A stretch of 64,000 nt of DNA. Source: Candidatus Latescibacterota bacterium (GTDB lineage: Bacteria; Latescibacterota; UBA2968; UBA8231). The translations under genes and the position numbers were made by a program. The stretch spans positions 256,001 to 320,000 of the forward strand of contig CBDCSU010000004.1 in NCBI GenBank assembly GCA_965221775.1. Reading direction: 5' to 3'. Below, one piece after another: positions 18,204 through 27,007 of the stretch (positions are counted from its first letter, which is position 1; each line of letters opens with the position of its first letter). The notes below the pieces were generated by a model. That model made no database searches. It was given only the letters and a program-made list of their open reading frames with translations, and was not told where the DNA came from.

Positions 18204-18644
18204 TTGGCGACGGTGAGCAAGAGGGGCTACGGACTCTTCGCCGGCCTTTGGCGGACGATCGGCCGCCTGGCGTCCAGACGGACTCCTGTGGCCGGACGCA
18301 CGTCGGCCTGCGCCACGCCCCTCAGAGGGACTCCGCGCTTGCGCCAACGCTCCGACGGACGCCCCCGGTGCGTCGCCTGCGCCCTTTGCGCCGCCGCCTG
18401 CCCGTCGGACTGCATTCGCATCGAAGCCTCCGCGCCGCCCTGGGTGGAGGAGGCCGACGTGCCGGCCACCAGTGAACGCTGGCCCGCCGTCTTCGAGCTC
18501 GATCTGGGGCGCTGCCTGCTGTGCGGTCTGTGCGAATCGGCCTGCCCCGAGGAGGCCATCTCCCTCGACCCGCAGGGCCCCGAGCCGGTGGCCGCTGAGC
18601 GCGCGTCTCTTCGTCTGGGGCGCGATGCCCTCCTGCGGCGGTGA
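18204..18644 (+). CDS. NuoI-like 2x[4Fe-4S] ferredoxin
   Basis: CVACALCAAACP and CLLCGLCESACPEEAI; start uncertain (TTG 18204 or GTG 18213). Confidence 0.7.
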   Translation: MATVSKRGYGLFAGLWRTIGRLASRRTPVAGRTSACATPLRGTPRLRQRSDGRPRCVACALCAAACPSDCIRIEASAPPWVEEADVPATSERWPAVFELDLGRCLLCGLCESACPEEAISLDPQGPEPVAAERASLRLGRDALLRR

Positions 18645-19822
18645 CACGGCTCGCCATCCTCGGCAGCACCGGCTCCATCGGGACGACGACCTTCGAGGTT
18701 CTCGAGGGTTTGCGCCGCCAGGACGGGGACGCGGAGTGGGAGGTCGTGGCCCTGGCGGCGGGGCGCCGCGTCGAGGAGCTGATCCACCAGGCGAGGGAGT
18801 GGTCTCCCGGTCTCGTCTGCGTGGCCGCGAGCGCCGACGCCCGCAGGGCCAGGAAAGAGCTGCCCGGCGTTGAGGTCCTCTCCGGGGGACAGGGGCTGTG
18901 CGATCTGGTCGCCGACGGCCGGGTGGATGTCATCGTCAACGGGCTGGTGGGGGCCGTGGGGCTCCCGCCGACGGTGAGCGCCCTGAAGGCCGGCAAGACC
19001 GTGGCCATGGCCAACAAGGAGCCCCTGGTCATGGCCGGGGGGCTGTTGCAGGAGGCCGCAAGGGAGGGAGGGGGAGAGCTCCTGCCCGTGGACAGCGAGC
19101 CCAGCGCCCTCTGGCAGTGCCTGCGGGGAGAGCGTGAGGAGGACGTCTCCCGGTTGATCCTGACCGCCTCGGGGGGAGCCTTCCGCGACCGCAGCCGGTC
19201 GGAGCTTGCCAAGGTGACCCCCGCCGAGGCCCTCCAGCACCCGACCTGGCGGATGGGGCCAAAGATCACCGTCGATTCCGCGACCCTGATGAACAAGGGT
19301 TTCGAGGTCATCGAGGCCGCCTGGCTCTTCGGAGTGGACGTGAACCGCGTGGAGGTCGTGATTCACCGGGAGTCGATCGTTCACTCCCTGGTGGAGTTCA
19401 CCGACGGCTCGATCCTGGCCCACCTCGGACGGACCGACATGAGCCTGCCGATCCAGTACGCCCTCACCCATCCGGTGCGCAAGCCGGGTCCCTTGCCGCG
19501 GCTCGATCTGGCCGAGGTGGGGGCCCTGCACTTCGAGGCCCCCGACCCGGAGCGAGTCCCGGGCCTGTCCCTGTGCCGCGATGCGGCGCGGGCCGGCGGC
19601 ACCACCCCGGCGGCGCTGAACGCCGCCAACGAGGTCGCCGTCTCCGCCTTCCTCGAGGGACGGCTGGGCTTTCTGGAGATCCACGAGTTGAACCTGGCCG
19701 TCGTCGACAGCTGGGATCCAGGGCCGGCCACCGACCTCGAGACCGTCCTCGAAGCCGACCGCCAGGCGCGGACTCGGGCCGCGGAGCACCTGAGTCCTGC
19801 CACCGCCGGGACTCGCCGCTGA
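18641..19822 (+). CDS. dxr: 1-deoxy-D-xylulose-5-phosphate reductoisomerase
   Basis: ILGSTGSIG, ANKE, PVDSE, LTASGG, HPTWRMGPKITVDSATLMNKG and NAANE. Confidence 0.95.
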   Translation: MTRLAILGSTGSIGTTTFEVLEGLRRQDGDAEWEVVALAAGRRVEELIHQAREWSPGLVCVAASADARRARKELPGVEVLSGGQGLCDLVADGRVDVIVNGLVGAVGLPPTVSALKAGKTVAMANKEPLVMAGGLLQEAAREGGGELLPVDSEPSALWQCLRGEREEDVSRLILTASGGAFRDRSRSELAKVTPAEALQHPTWRMGPKITVDSATLMNKGFEVIEAAWLFGVDVNRVEVVIHRESIVHSLVEFTDGSILAHLGRTDMSLPIQYALTHPVRKPGPLPRLDLAEVGALHFEAPDPERVPGLSLCRDAARAGGTTPAALNAANEVAVSAFLEGRLGFLEIHELNLAVVDSWDPGPATDLETVLEADRQARTRAAEHLSPATAGTRR

Positions 19823-19832
19823 GGGAGAGAGG

Positions 19833-20105
19833 ATGTCCGCAAAGAAGCCCAGGCCACCCGCCGAAGCACCCGCCCGGGACCCTGCCGCGCTCTACGAGGC
19901 ATCCCACCGTGTGCTGCGCTTTCTCACCGGCGTGATGATCGTCGCTTTCCTCCTCATCGTGGTGCTCACCACGATCTCCACGGGCCCCTTCGTGCAGGTC
20001 ACCGCCCGGGGGCTCTACTTCCTGATTCTCGCCGTCCCCGTCGCTTCCCTCGTCACCTGGATCCTGCGCCTGTGGGCCCAGAGGCGGGCCGCAGAACCCC
20101 GGTGA
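19833..20105 (+). CDS. Small two-TM hypothetical membrane protein
   Basis: GAGAGG RBS; two hydrophobic segments. Confidence 0.6.
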   Translation: MSAKKPRPPAEAPARDPAALYEASHRVLRFLTGVMIVAFLLIVVLTTISTGPFVQVTARGLYFLILAVPVASLVTWILRLWAQRRAAEPR

Positions 20106-20148
20106 GCCGCGCCGCCTGAGCCGTCCCGGGGCCTTTCCCCTCCGGTCG

Positions 20149-20589
20149 ATGGAAACCCTCACCGCCAAAGGGCACTTTCACGCCGCCCACCGGCAGCTCG
20201 ACTACGACGGCAAGTGCGCCTACGTCCACGGCCATACCTGGCGGGGTTCCTTCGTCGTGCGGGCCGAGCGTTTCCCGCGTCTGGAGGGTATCGACATGTC
20301 CGTCGACTTCGGGGCCCTCAAGGAGATCTTCAGGAGTCTCGACCATCGCATGCTGGTCTCCCGCCGGGACGGGGTCTTTCTCGACAGCCGGCTCTTCGAG
20401 CCCGACGGGATCGTGCTGATTCCCGGCGCCAACCCGAGCGTCGAGAACGTCGCCCGGTACTGCATGGAGCGGGCGGTGGAAGCCCTGTCCAAGCTGTTCC
20501 CCGACCGGGGAATCGACTACGATTTGGAGGTCACCATCCAGGAGACGGACAACAATCTCTTTGCCTTGCGCCGGTCGGTGACCATCTGA
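20149..20589 (+). CDS. queD: 6-carboxytetrahydropterin synthase (PTPS/QueD family)
   Basis: FHAAH, C..VHGH.W, VDFG.LK, LDH, PSVEN and QET. Confidence 0.82.
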   Translation: METLTAKGHFHAAHRQLDYDGKCAYVHGHTWRGSFVVRAERFPRLEGIDMSVDFGALKEIFRSLDHRMLVSRRDGVFLDSRLFEPDGIVLIPGANPSVENVARYCMERAVEALSKLFPDRGIDYDLEVTIQETDNNLFALRRSVTI

Positions 20590-20592
20590 ACC

Positions 20593-20850
20593 ATGCCTCG
20601 CGAAGCGCTGATGACCGTGGCCGAGGTCTCCGATTACCTCGCGTGCTCCGTGTCGCTGGTGAGAAGGCTGGCCCGGCGATCGGAGATCCCCCACTACCGC
20701 CTGGGCCGGCTCATGCGTTTCCGGCGCACCGATGTCGATGCCTGGCTCCAAGCGCGCCACGAGGGCAGTACCTCCCACGGCGGCCGCAGGTCCGCCGCCC
20801 ACCCCGACCAGTTGTTCTTGTTCGAAGGCGATTCCGGGAGCCGCGCATGA
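20593..20850 (+). CDS. Excisionase-like helix-turn-helix protein (HTH_17)
   Basis: LMTVAEVSDYL...IPHYRLGRLMRFRRTDVDAWL. Confidence 0.78.
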   Translation: MPREALMTVAEVSDYLACSVSLVRRLARRSEIPHYRLGRLMRFRRTDVDAWLQARHEGSTSHGGRRSAAHPDQLFLFEGDSGSRA

Positions 20851-20917
20851 GCTTCCGCGGCGATCCGGAGACGGGTCCGGCTCCCCGGGCCGCCGCCGGG
20901 CCGAAGGGCGGCGGCGG

Positions 20918-23203
20918 ATGAAGGACGGCGGCATCGAGAGAGTGGCCGTTCTCGGCGCCGGGGTCATGGGCCGCCAGATCGCGGCGCTCATGGCCAACGC
21001 CGGACTCGAGGTCGACCTGCTCGACCTCCCCGAAGGCTCCGACGGGGCGGGCAGGGCGCGGGCCGGACTCGAGAGCCTGGGGCAGCTTCGGCCGAGCCCT
21101 CTCTTCCTGCCGGAAGCGGCGGAACGGATCCATCCCGGCTCCCTGAGCGGCACCCCGGACCTCGCCCGAGTCCAGTGGGTGGTCGAAGCCGTGGTCGAGG
21201 ACCTCCAGATCAAGCGCTCCCTCTACGAGCGTATTCACCCGGGTCTGGGGTCATCCACGATGCTGACCAGCAACACCTCCGGCCTTTCCATCGCCGCCCT
21301 CGCCGAGGGCCTTCCGGCAGACCTGCGGCGCCGGTTCCTCGGCGTCCACTTCTTCAATCCGCCGCGCTACATGAAGCTCGTCGAGCTGATCCCGGGGCCC
21401 GAGACCGCTCCCTCCCGGATGGAGGAGATGTCCACCTTCCTGCGCAGCCGCCTCGGCAAGGGGGTGGTCGCCTGCCGGGATACGCCGAACTTCATCGCCA
21501 ATCGGCTCGGTCTCTTCGCCGTCATGGACGCCCTGCGGCGCATGGAGGCCGACGGCCTCACCGTGGAGGAGGTCGACGCCGTCACCGGACCGGTGTTGGG
21601 ACGCCCCCGCAGCGCCACCTTGAGGCTGTGCGATCTCATCGGACTGGACACCCTCGTCCACGTGGCCCGCACGGCCCGGGACGGCCTGGAGCACGATCCC
21701 GGCCGCGGCATCTTCGAACCGGGCGACGGACTGCGCGCCATGGTCCAGGCCGGTCTCCTCGGAGACAAGGCCGGGAGCGGCTTCTACCGGAAGGGGGAGG
21801 GGGGCATCGAGGCCATCGACCCCGCCACCCTCGAGTACCGCGCCCGCCGTTCGGTCCGGCTCCCCCTCCCGACCCGGGGGGACCTCGGCGAGCGACTGGC
21901 CGCGGTGGCCGCCTCCGGCGAGGACCGCCTCGCCCGCCTGGCTCGCCACCACCTCTTCGCGACCCTGGGCTACTGCGCTGCCTGCGCAGCGGAGGTGGCC
22001 GACTCGCTGGAGGACATCGACCGGGTACTGCGCTGGGGCTTCCACTGGGAAGCCGGCCCCTTCGAGCAGATCGATCTCATCGGCGCCGGCGCCGTGATCA
22101 AGGGGTTGGAAGAGGCTGGCATCGAGCCGCCGGAGTTGCTCGCCCGCATCGCCGCCAGCGGCGCAGGGCGGGTCTATGGAAGCGAGTCGGGAGAACGCAC
22201 CGTGATGGCCCCGGACGGCGGGGGACACCGCCCTCTCCGCGCCTCGGGCCCCCCGACCGACGCGGAACTCATGGCGGCGGCGGATGTCCTGGGCGAATGC
22301 GAGACGGCGCGTCTGGTGCGGCTCGGTGACGGGGCGGCGGCGATCGAGCTGCGCGGCAAGCTCAACGTCCTCGGCCCCGGGTCCCTGGCCTTCACCCGCG
22401 ACGCGGCCGCCGAAGGCGGTTTCGATCTCCTGGTACTCACCGGGGCGGGGGAGCATCTGTCGGCCGGGGCCGACCTGAGGTATGTCCTGCAACGGATCGA
22501 TGCCGGCGCCTGGGCGGAGCTGGACGCGTATCTGCAGCTCTTTCAGCAGGCCACCGCGGCGGTGCGCTACGCGCCGATGCCGGTGGTCACGGCGGCGCGG
22601 GGCCTGGCCCTCGGCGGCGGTTGCGAGTTCAATCTCTCCGCCGCCTCCCGCGTGGCCGCCGCGGAACTGCGCCTCGGCCTCGTGGAGACCCGCATCGGGG
22701 TCGTGCCCGGGGCGGGAGGCTGCAAGGAGATGGTGCGGCGCTTCGGCGCGGAGGTCGATGCCTTCCTGCCGGCGCTTCAGGAGGGACGGATGTCCGACAA
22801 CGCGCCGCAGGCGCGGGCCTGGGGGTTCCTCGACGAGGCGGATGATATCCGGCTCGATGGCGACCGGCTTCTGGGTGCAGCGGTGACGAGGGCCCGGGAA
22901 CTACTCGTCCGAGGATGGTCCCCGCCGCAGCCACGGGAGCTGGCGGTGGCCGGTCCCGATGTGCTCGAGAGGCTGCACGCCGGGATCGACGCCGGTGCCG
23001 TGGAGGGCCGTCTGGGTGCGCACGACGTGGTCGTTGGCAAGGCCCTGGCCCGGGTCGTCTGCGGCGGCGGCGCCCGCGGCACGATCTCGGAGCAAGGGTT
23101 GCTCGACCTCGAGCGCGAAGCCTTCCTCGAACTCTGCGGAACCGCGGCCACCCGGGCGAGGATCGCCCACATGCTGGAAACCGGCAAACCCCTGCGCAAC
23201 TGA
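20918..23203 (+). CDS. 3-hydroxyacyl-CoA dehydrogenase / enoyl-CoA hydratase fusion (FadN-like)
   Basis: VLGAGVMG, EAVVED, SNTSGL, HFFNPPRYM and DTPNFIANR; crotonase GGGCE; C-terminal RIAHMLETGKPLRN. Confidence 0.88.
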   Translation: MKDGGIERVAVLGAGVMGRQIAALMANAGLEVDLLDLPEGSDGAGRARAGLESLGQLRPSPLFLPEAAERIHPGSLSGTPDLARVQWVVEAVVEDLQIKRSLYERIHPGLGSSTMLTSNTSGLSIAALAEGLPADLRRRFLGVHFFNPPRYMKLVELIPGPETAPSRMEEMSTFLRSRLGKGVVACRDTPNFIANRLGLFAVMDALRRMEADGLTVEEVDAVTGPVLGRPRSATLRLCDLIGLDTLVHVARTARDGLEHDPGRGIFEPGDGLRAMVQAGLLGDKAGSGFYRKGEGGIEAIDPATLEYRARRSVRLPLPTRGDLGERLAAVAASGEDRLARLARHHLFATLGYCAACAAEVADSLEDIDRVLRWGFHWEAGPFEQIDLIGAGAVIKGLEEAGIEPPELLARIAASGAGRVYGSESGERTVMAPDGGGHRPLRASGPPTDAELMAAADVLGECETARLVRLGDGAAAIELRGKLNVLGPGSLAFTRDAAAEGGFDLLVLTGAGEHLSAGADLRYVLQRIDAGAWAELDAYLQLFQQATAAVRYAPMPVVTAARGLALGGGCEFNLSAASRVAAAELRLGLVETRIGVVPGAGGCKEMVRRFGAEVDAFLPALQEGRMSDNAPQARAWGFLDEADDIRLDGDRLLGAAVTRARELLVRGWSPPQPRELAVAGPDVLERLHAGIDAGAVEGRLGAHDVVVGKALARVVCGGGARGTISEQGLLDLEREAFLELCGTAATRARIAHMLETGKPLRN

Positions 23204-23216
23204 AGGGAGAAAGCTC

Positions 23217-24662
23217 ATGGGACTGCGCACGGCGGCGGAGTACATGGAAGGACTGCGGGACGGACGCACCGTGTACTTCCATGGACAATCCGTGGCCGAT
23301 GTGACCGACCATCCCCATCTGGGCGTCGCCGCCCGGCACGCGGCCCTCGACTTCGAACTGGCCGAGGAGGGTCGGCACAGGGAGCTGTTCACCTGGGCCG
23401 ACGACGAGGGCTGCCTCCACAGTCGCTACTACAAGCGGCCCGAGTCGTCACGGGACTTGCTTAACCGGCGCGAGATGATCGAGACGTCGACGCGCCGCGG
23501 CCGCAGCGTCGTGCTCCTGGTCAAGGAGATCGGAACCGACGCCCTCTTCGCCCTCGACCTGGTGACGCGGGTTGTCGACGACAAGGCTGGTACCGCGTAC
23601 AACGACCGGGTCGCTTCCTTTCACCGACGCTGCCGGGACCTCGACCTGACCTTGGCCGTGGCGCAGACCGACGTCAAGGGCGACCGAAGCCTGTTGCCGT
23701 CGCAGCAGGCGCATCCCGACTACTACGTGCGCATCGTCGAGGAGCGCGACGACGGCATCGTCGTACGGGGCGCCAAAGCCCACACGACGGGAACCCCCGT
23801 CGTCGACGAGGTCGTCGTGCTGCCCACGAGGGCGATTGGCGCGGAGGACGCCGCCTACGCCGTCTCCTTTGCCGTGCCGGTCGACAGCCCGGGAGTCAAG
23901 CTCCTGACCAGCCCCTTCGGCGCCGCCGAGGGCGACAGCTCCTTCCACTACCCGGTCAGCTCACGGCATCGACTGGTGGACACCCTCACCGTGTTCGAGG
24001 ACGTCTTCGTGCCCAAGGAGCGGGTCTTCCTGCAGGGGGAGTGGCAGGCGGCCGGCTTTCTGGCCAACACTTTCGTGGAGTTCCACCGGTTCACGGCGGT
24101 CTCCTACAAGCCGCCGTTGTGCGACCTCTTCATCGGCGCCGCGGCTCTGCTCGCCGAGTACAACGGCATCGAGAAAGCCGGCCATGTTCGCGAGAAGCTG
24201 ACGCAGTTGATCGCCTGGACCGAGACCGTGCGCGGCCTGAGCCGGGCGGCGGCCCACGACTGCCGCATCACCGACTCCGGTCTCGCCGTGCCCGACGTGG
24301 TGCTCACCAACCTCGCCAAGTACCACTTCGCCGCCCGCTACCACGACGCGATCCGCTGGGTGCAGGACATCGCCGGCGGCCTAGTCGTGACGGGCCCTTC
24401 GGAGCAGGACATGGACAGCCCCGAGACCCGTCCGTACATCGACCGGTTCCTCGGCGGCAGCGGCGCCGGGGCGTCGGACAGACTGAAGGCGATGAACCTG
24501 GTGCGGGACCTGACCGCCTCCGACTTCGGCGGTTACAACCAGTTCCTCGCAATCCACGCCGAGGGGTCCCTGGAAGCTCAGAAGATCACCATCCACCGGG
24601 ACTACGATATCGACCGCTGCAAGGGCCTGGCGGCCGAAGCGATCGGCGTCGATCGCGGCTGA
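23217..24662 (+). CDS. 4-hydroxybutyryl-CoA dehydratase / 4-hydroxyphenylacetate 3-hydroxylase (AbfD/HpaB) family flavoprotein
   Basis: TDVKGDRS, DGIVVRGAKAHTTG, VFEDVFVP.ERVF and HAEGS. Confidence 0.82.
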   Translation: MGLRTAAEYMEGLRDGRTVYFHGQSVADVTDHPHLGVAARHAALDFELAEEGRHRELFTWADDEGCLHSRYYKRPESSRDLLNRREMIETSTRRGRSVVLLVKEIGTDALFALDLVTRVVDDKAGTAYNDRVASFHRRCRDLDLTLAVAQTDVKGDRSLLPSQQAHPDYYVRIVEERDDGIVVRGAKAHTTGTPVVDEVVVLPTRAIGAEDAAYAVSFAVPVDSPGVKLLTSPFGAAEGDSSFHYPVSSRHRLVDTLTVFEDVFVPKERVFLQGEWQAAGFLANTFVEFHRFTAVSYKPPLCDLFIGAAALLAEYNGIEKAGHVREKLTQLIAWTETVRGLSRAAAHDCRITDSGLAVPDVVLTNLAKYHFAARYHDAIRWVQDIAGGLVVTGPSEQDMDSPETRPYIDRFLGGSGAGASDRLKAMNLVRDLTASDFGGYNQFLAIHAEGSLEAQKITIHRDYDIDRCKGLAAEAIGVDRG

Positions 24663-24678
24663 GGGGAACGAAGGCCGA

Positions 24679-25455
24679 TCAGGCGGCGGTCCAGCCGCCG
24701 TCGACGTACAAGGTGGTGCCGGTGATGTAGCTGGCCGCCTCCGAAGCCAGGAAGACCACGGCCCATGCCACCTCCTCGGGCCGTCCGAAGCGGCCCAGGG
24801 GTGTGCGTTCCTCCACCCAGCCGCGCAGCTTGTCCCGCTTCTTGACCTCCGCCGTCATCTCCGTGTCGATGTACGCCGGGGCCACCGCATTCACCCGTAC
24901 CCCCCGGGAAGCCCACTCCACCGCCAGGGTGCGGGTCAGCGACGCGAGGGCGGCTTTGGAGGCCGAGTACGCGGCCAGCCTCGGGAGGGTCCGGTCGGCG
25001 CCGATGGAAGTCAGGTTGACCACCGAGCCACGGCCTCTGTTGAGCATCGCCGGCCCCAGGTGACGGATGACGCGGAAGGTGCCGTCGAGGTTGACGCGCA
25101 GGACCTCGCTCCACTCCTCGTCGCTCCAGGTCTCGGCGGCTTTCACGAAGGGGCTCACGGCGGCGTTGTTCACCAGTACGTCCACACCTTCGGGCCACTC
25201 TCCCGAGATACGTTCCCCCAGCAACTCGATGCCGTCGGTCGTGCCCAGGTCGGCGGGTACGGCGATGGCCCGTCCGCCCGATGCCTCCACCCTGGCCACC
25301 GTCTCCCGCAACTGGGACTCGGTGCGGCTCGTGACGGCGACTTCGGCGCCGGACCGGGCGAGGGCCATGGCGCAGGCCCGGCCGATCCCTCGGCCCCCGC
25401 CGGTCACCAGGGCCCGCCGGCCCTGCAGACCAAAAGGGGAGGCATGGTCTGTCAT
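24679..25455 (-). CDS. Short-chain dehydrogenase/reductase
   Basis: TGGGRGIG, NNAA, YSASK and VDGG; start at ATG 25455. Confidence 0.9.
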   Translation of the reverse strand: MTDHASPFGLQGRRALVTGGGRGIGRACAMALARSGAEVAVTSRTESQLRETVARVEASGGRAIAVPADLGTTDGIELLGERISGEWPEGVDVLVNNAAVSPFVKAAETWSDEEWSEVLRVNLDGTFRVIRHLGPAMLNRGRGSVVNLTSIGADRTLPRLAAYSASKAALASLTRTLAVEWASRGVRVNAVAPAYIDTEMTAEVKKRDKLRGWVEERTPLGRFGRPEEVAWAVVFLASEAASYITGTTLYVDGGWTAA

Positions 25456-25596
25456 CGTGGTCCTTTCGTCATGCGGTGAGCGCCCAATATAGCCATCGAA
25501 GGTGACTCCCTGTGGCAGCCGCCCTTGGCCCGGGAACCGCTGGACATCCCGAAGGGTCGGAGCGGTGGTTCCCCCTCTCCCGTTCGTCAACAGGGG

Positions 25597-25625
25597 TTGA
25601 TATCCGCCATCCCTGACGTTATACT
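25597..25625 (+). promoter_or_regulatory. Sigma-70 promoter of the sigma factor gene
   Basis: TTGATA-N17-TATACT. Confidence 0.7.
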
Positions 25626-25876
25626 CTCACGGTTCGCGGGGCCCTACCCCCTCCGGTTTCACTCTCCCCGCGCCCCCTTCCTTTCCCTTCGAGCAATCCT
25701 CACGAGTCAGCGCGCCCGTCTCCCGCGGTGCGTGGTCCGGCCCTTCTCCTCCCCCGTGCTCTCCCGGTTCGACAGAGGCTCGGTTTCTCGTAGTCTGTTC
25801 CGAGCCGCTGCCCGTCCTCTCCCTCTCCCGGCCAAGGGGAGGGGGCACACCCGCCAGAATGGAGGGGTGTAATCGC

Positions 25877-26731
25877 ATGTCGTCATCAACGTTGCAGACC
25901 GATACCCTGGTCGATCGCTACTTCCACGAGATCGAGAACTCGGTCGGACTCTCCGCTGCCGAGGAGGTCAAAGTCGCCGAGCGGATCCGGGATGGCGACG
26001 AGGGGGCCTTGGGCGAGTTGGTTCAGGCCAACCTGCGCTTCGTCGTCAGTGTCGCCAAGCAGTACCAGAATCTCGGACTCCCCTTGTCGGACCTGATCAA
26101 CGAGGGCAACCTCGGCCTGATGACCGCCGCCCGCCGCTTCGACGGGTCCAAGGGGTTCAAGTTCATCTCCTACGCCGTCTGGTGGATCCGGCAGGCGATC
26201 CTGCAGGCCTTGGCCGAGCAGTCCAGGATCGTGCGTCTGCCCCTCAACCGCATCGGCGAGCTGACCAAGGTGAACAAGTGCCTCACGCGCCTGGAGCAGC
26301 GCCTCGGCCGCGCCCCCGAAGTCGAAGAGATCGCCGCGGAGCTGAAGGCCAACCCCGACGACATGGAGATGGTCCTGCGCCTGGCCCAGCGGCCCGTGTC
26401 GCTGGAGACACCGTGCGACGAGCAGGAACCGGACCGCCGACTTGGAGACCTGCTTCCGGACGAAACCCTGAGGGCCTTCGACGAGGTCCTGTCGGAAGGA
26501 AACCTCCGCGAGGAGATCCGGACGGCCATGGGCGCCCTGCCCCGCGGCGAGGCGCGCGTGCTGCGCATGTACTACGGCCTCGACGGCCAGGAGCCGATGA
26601 CCCTGGAGGAGATCGGCAAGTACGTGGGGCGCACGCGCGAACGGGTTCGCCAGATCAAGGAGAAGGCTCTGCAGAAGCTCCGGCACCCGAACCGCAGCGA
26701 GGTGCTCAAGGAGTACTACGGAGAGGGCTGA
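25877..26731 (+). CDS. RNA polymerase sigma-70 factor, RpoD/RpoS family (no region 1.1)
   Basis: ANLRFVVSVAKQY, DLINEGN.GL, KFISYAVWWIRQ and TRERVRQIKEKAL; GGAGG RBS before ATG 25877. Confidence 0.92.
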   Translation: MSSSTLQTDTLVDRYFHEIENSVGLSAAEEVKVAERIRDGDEGALGELVQANLRFVVSVAKQYQNLGLPLSDLINEGNLGLMTAARRFDGSKGFKFISYAVWWIRQAILQALAEQSRIVRLPLNRIGELTKVNKCLTRLEQRLGRAPEVEEIAAELKANPDDMEMVLRLAQRPVSLETPCDEQEPDRRLGDLLPDETLRAFDEVLSEGNLREEIRTAMGALPRGEARVLRMYYGLDGQEPMTLEEIGKYVGRTRERVRQIKEKALQKLRHPNRSEVLKEYYGEG

Positions 26732-26761
26732 TCGATCGTCGTTCGAGGGGCGCTCCCTCGG

Positions 26762-26789
26762 TTGACAGGGCACAACCCTCCGGTATCTT
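26762..26789 (+). promoter_or_regulatory. Sigma-70 promoter of tRNA-Asn
   Basis: TTGACA-N16-TATCTT. Confidence 0.65.
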
Positions 26790-26821
26790 TTTTCTGGTTC
26801 GTGCGCCGACTTCCATGCGGT

Positions 26822-26897
26822 TCCGGCGTAGCTCAGTTGGCAGAGCGGGTGGCTGTTAACCACTTAGTCGTAGGTTCGAGTCCTACCGCCGGAGCCA
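26822..26897 (+). tRNA. tRNA-Asn(GTT)
   Basis: 76 nt; acceptor stem TCCGGCG/CGCCGGA, D arm AGCTCAGTTGGCAGAGC, anticodon loop CTGTTAA, GGTTCGAGTCC, encoded CCA. Confidence 0.96.
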
Positions 26898-26936
26898 AAT
26901 AACCACGCCGCTGAGGTTCGCGGTCCTGGCCGGTCG

Positions 26937-26966
26937 AGACCCCGAGGGGATGCCTTTCGGGGTCTT
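26937..26966 (+). terminator. Hairpin downstream of tRNA (possible terminator)
   Basis: AGACCCCGAGGG...CTTTCGGGGTCT; weak T tract. Confidence 0.45.
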
Positions 26967-27007
26967 GCCGTACCTGGACCCCGTCCCATCGATCTCGACA
27001 GGCCGAC

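Noticed and set aside
15441-18647. Very long antisense ORFs (1068 aa here; also 11287-12729, 31500-33608, 38642-40891, and the extensions of 41737-45168 and 41761-45186)
   Set aside because: Shadow frames of real genes in high-GC DNA; no domain motifs, and the opposite strand carries recognisable proteins.
20593-20850. Excisionase-like gene as evidence of a prophage or ICE
   Set aside because: No integrase, phage, conjugation or att features nearby; HTH_17 proteins often stand alone.
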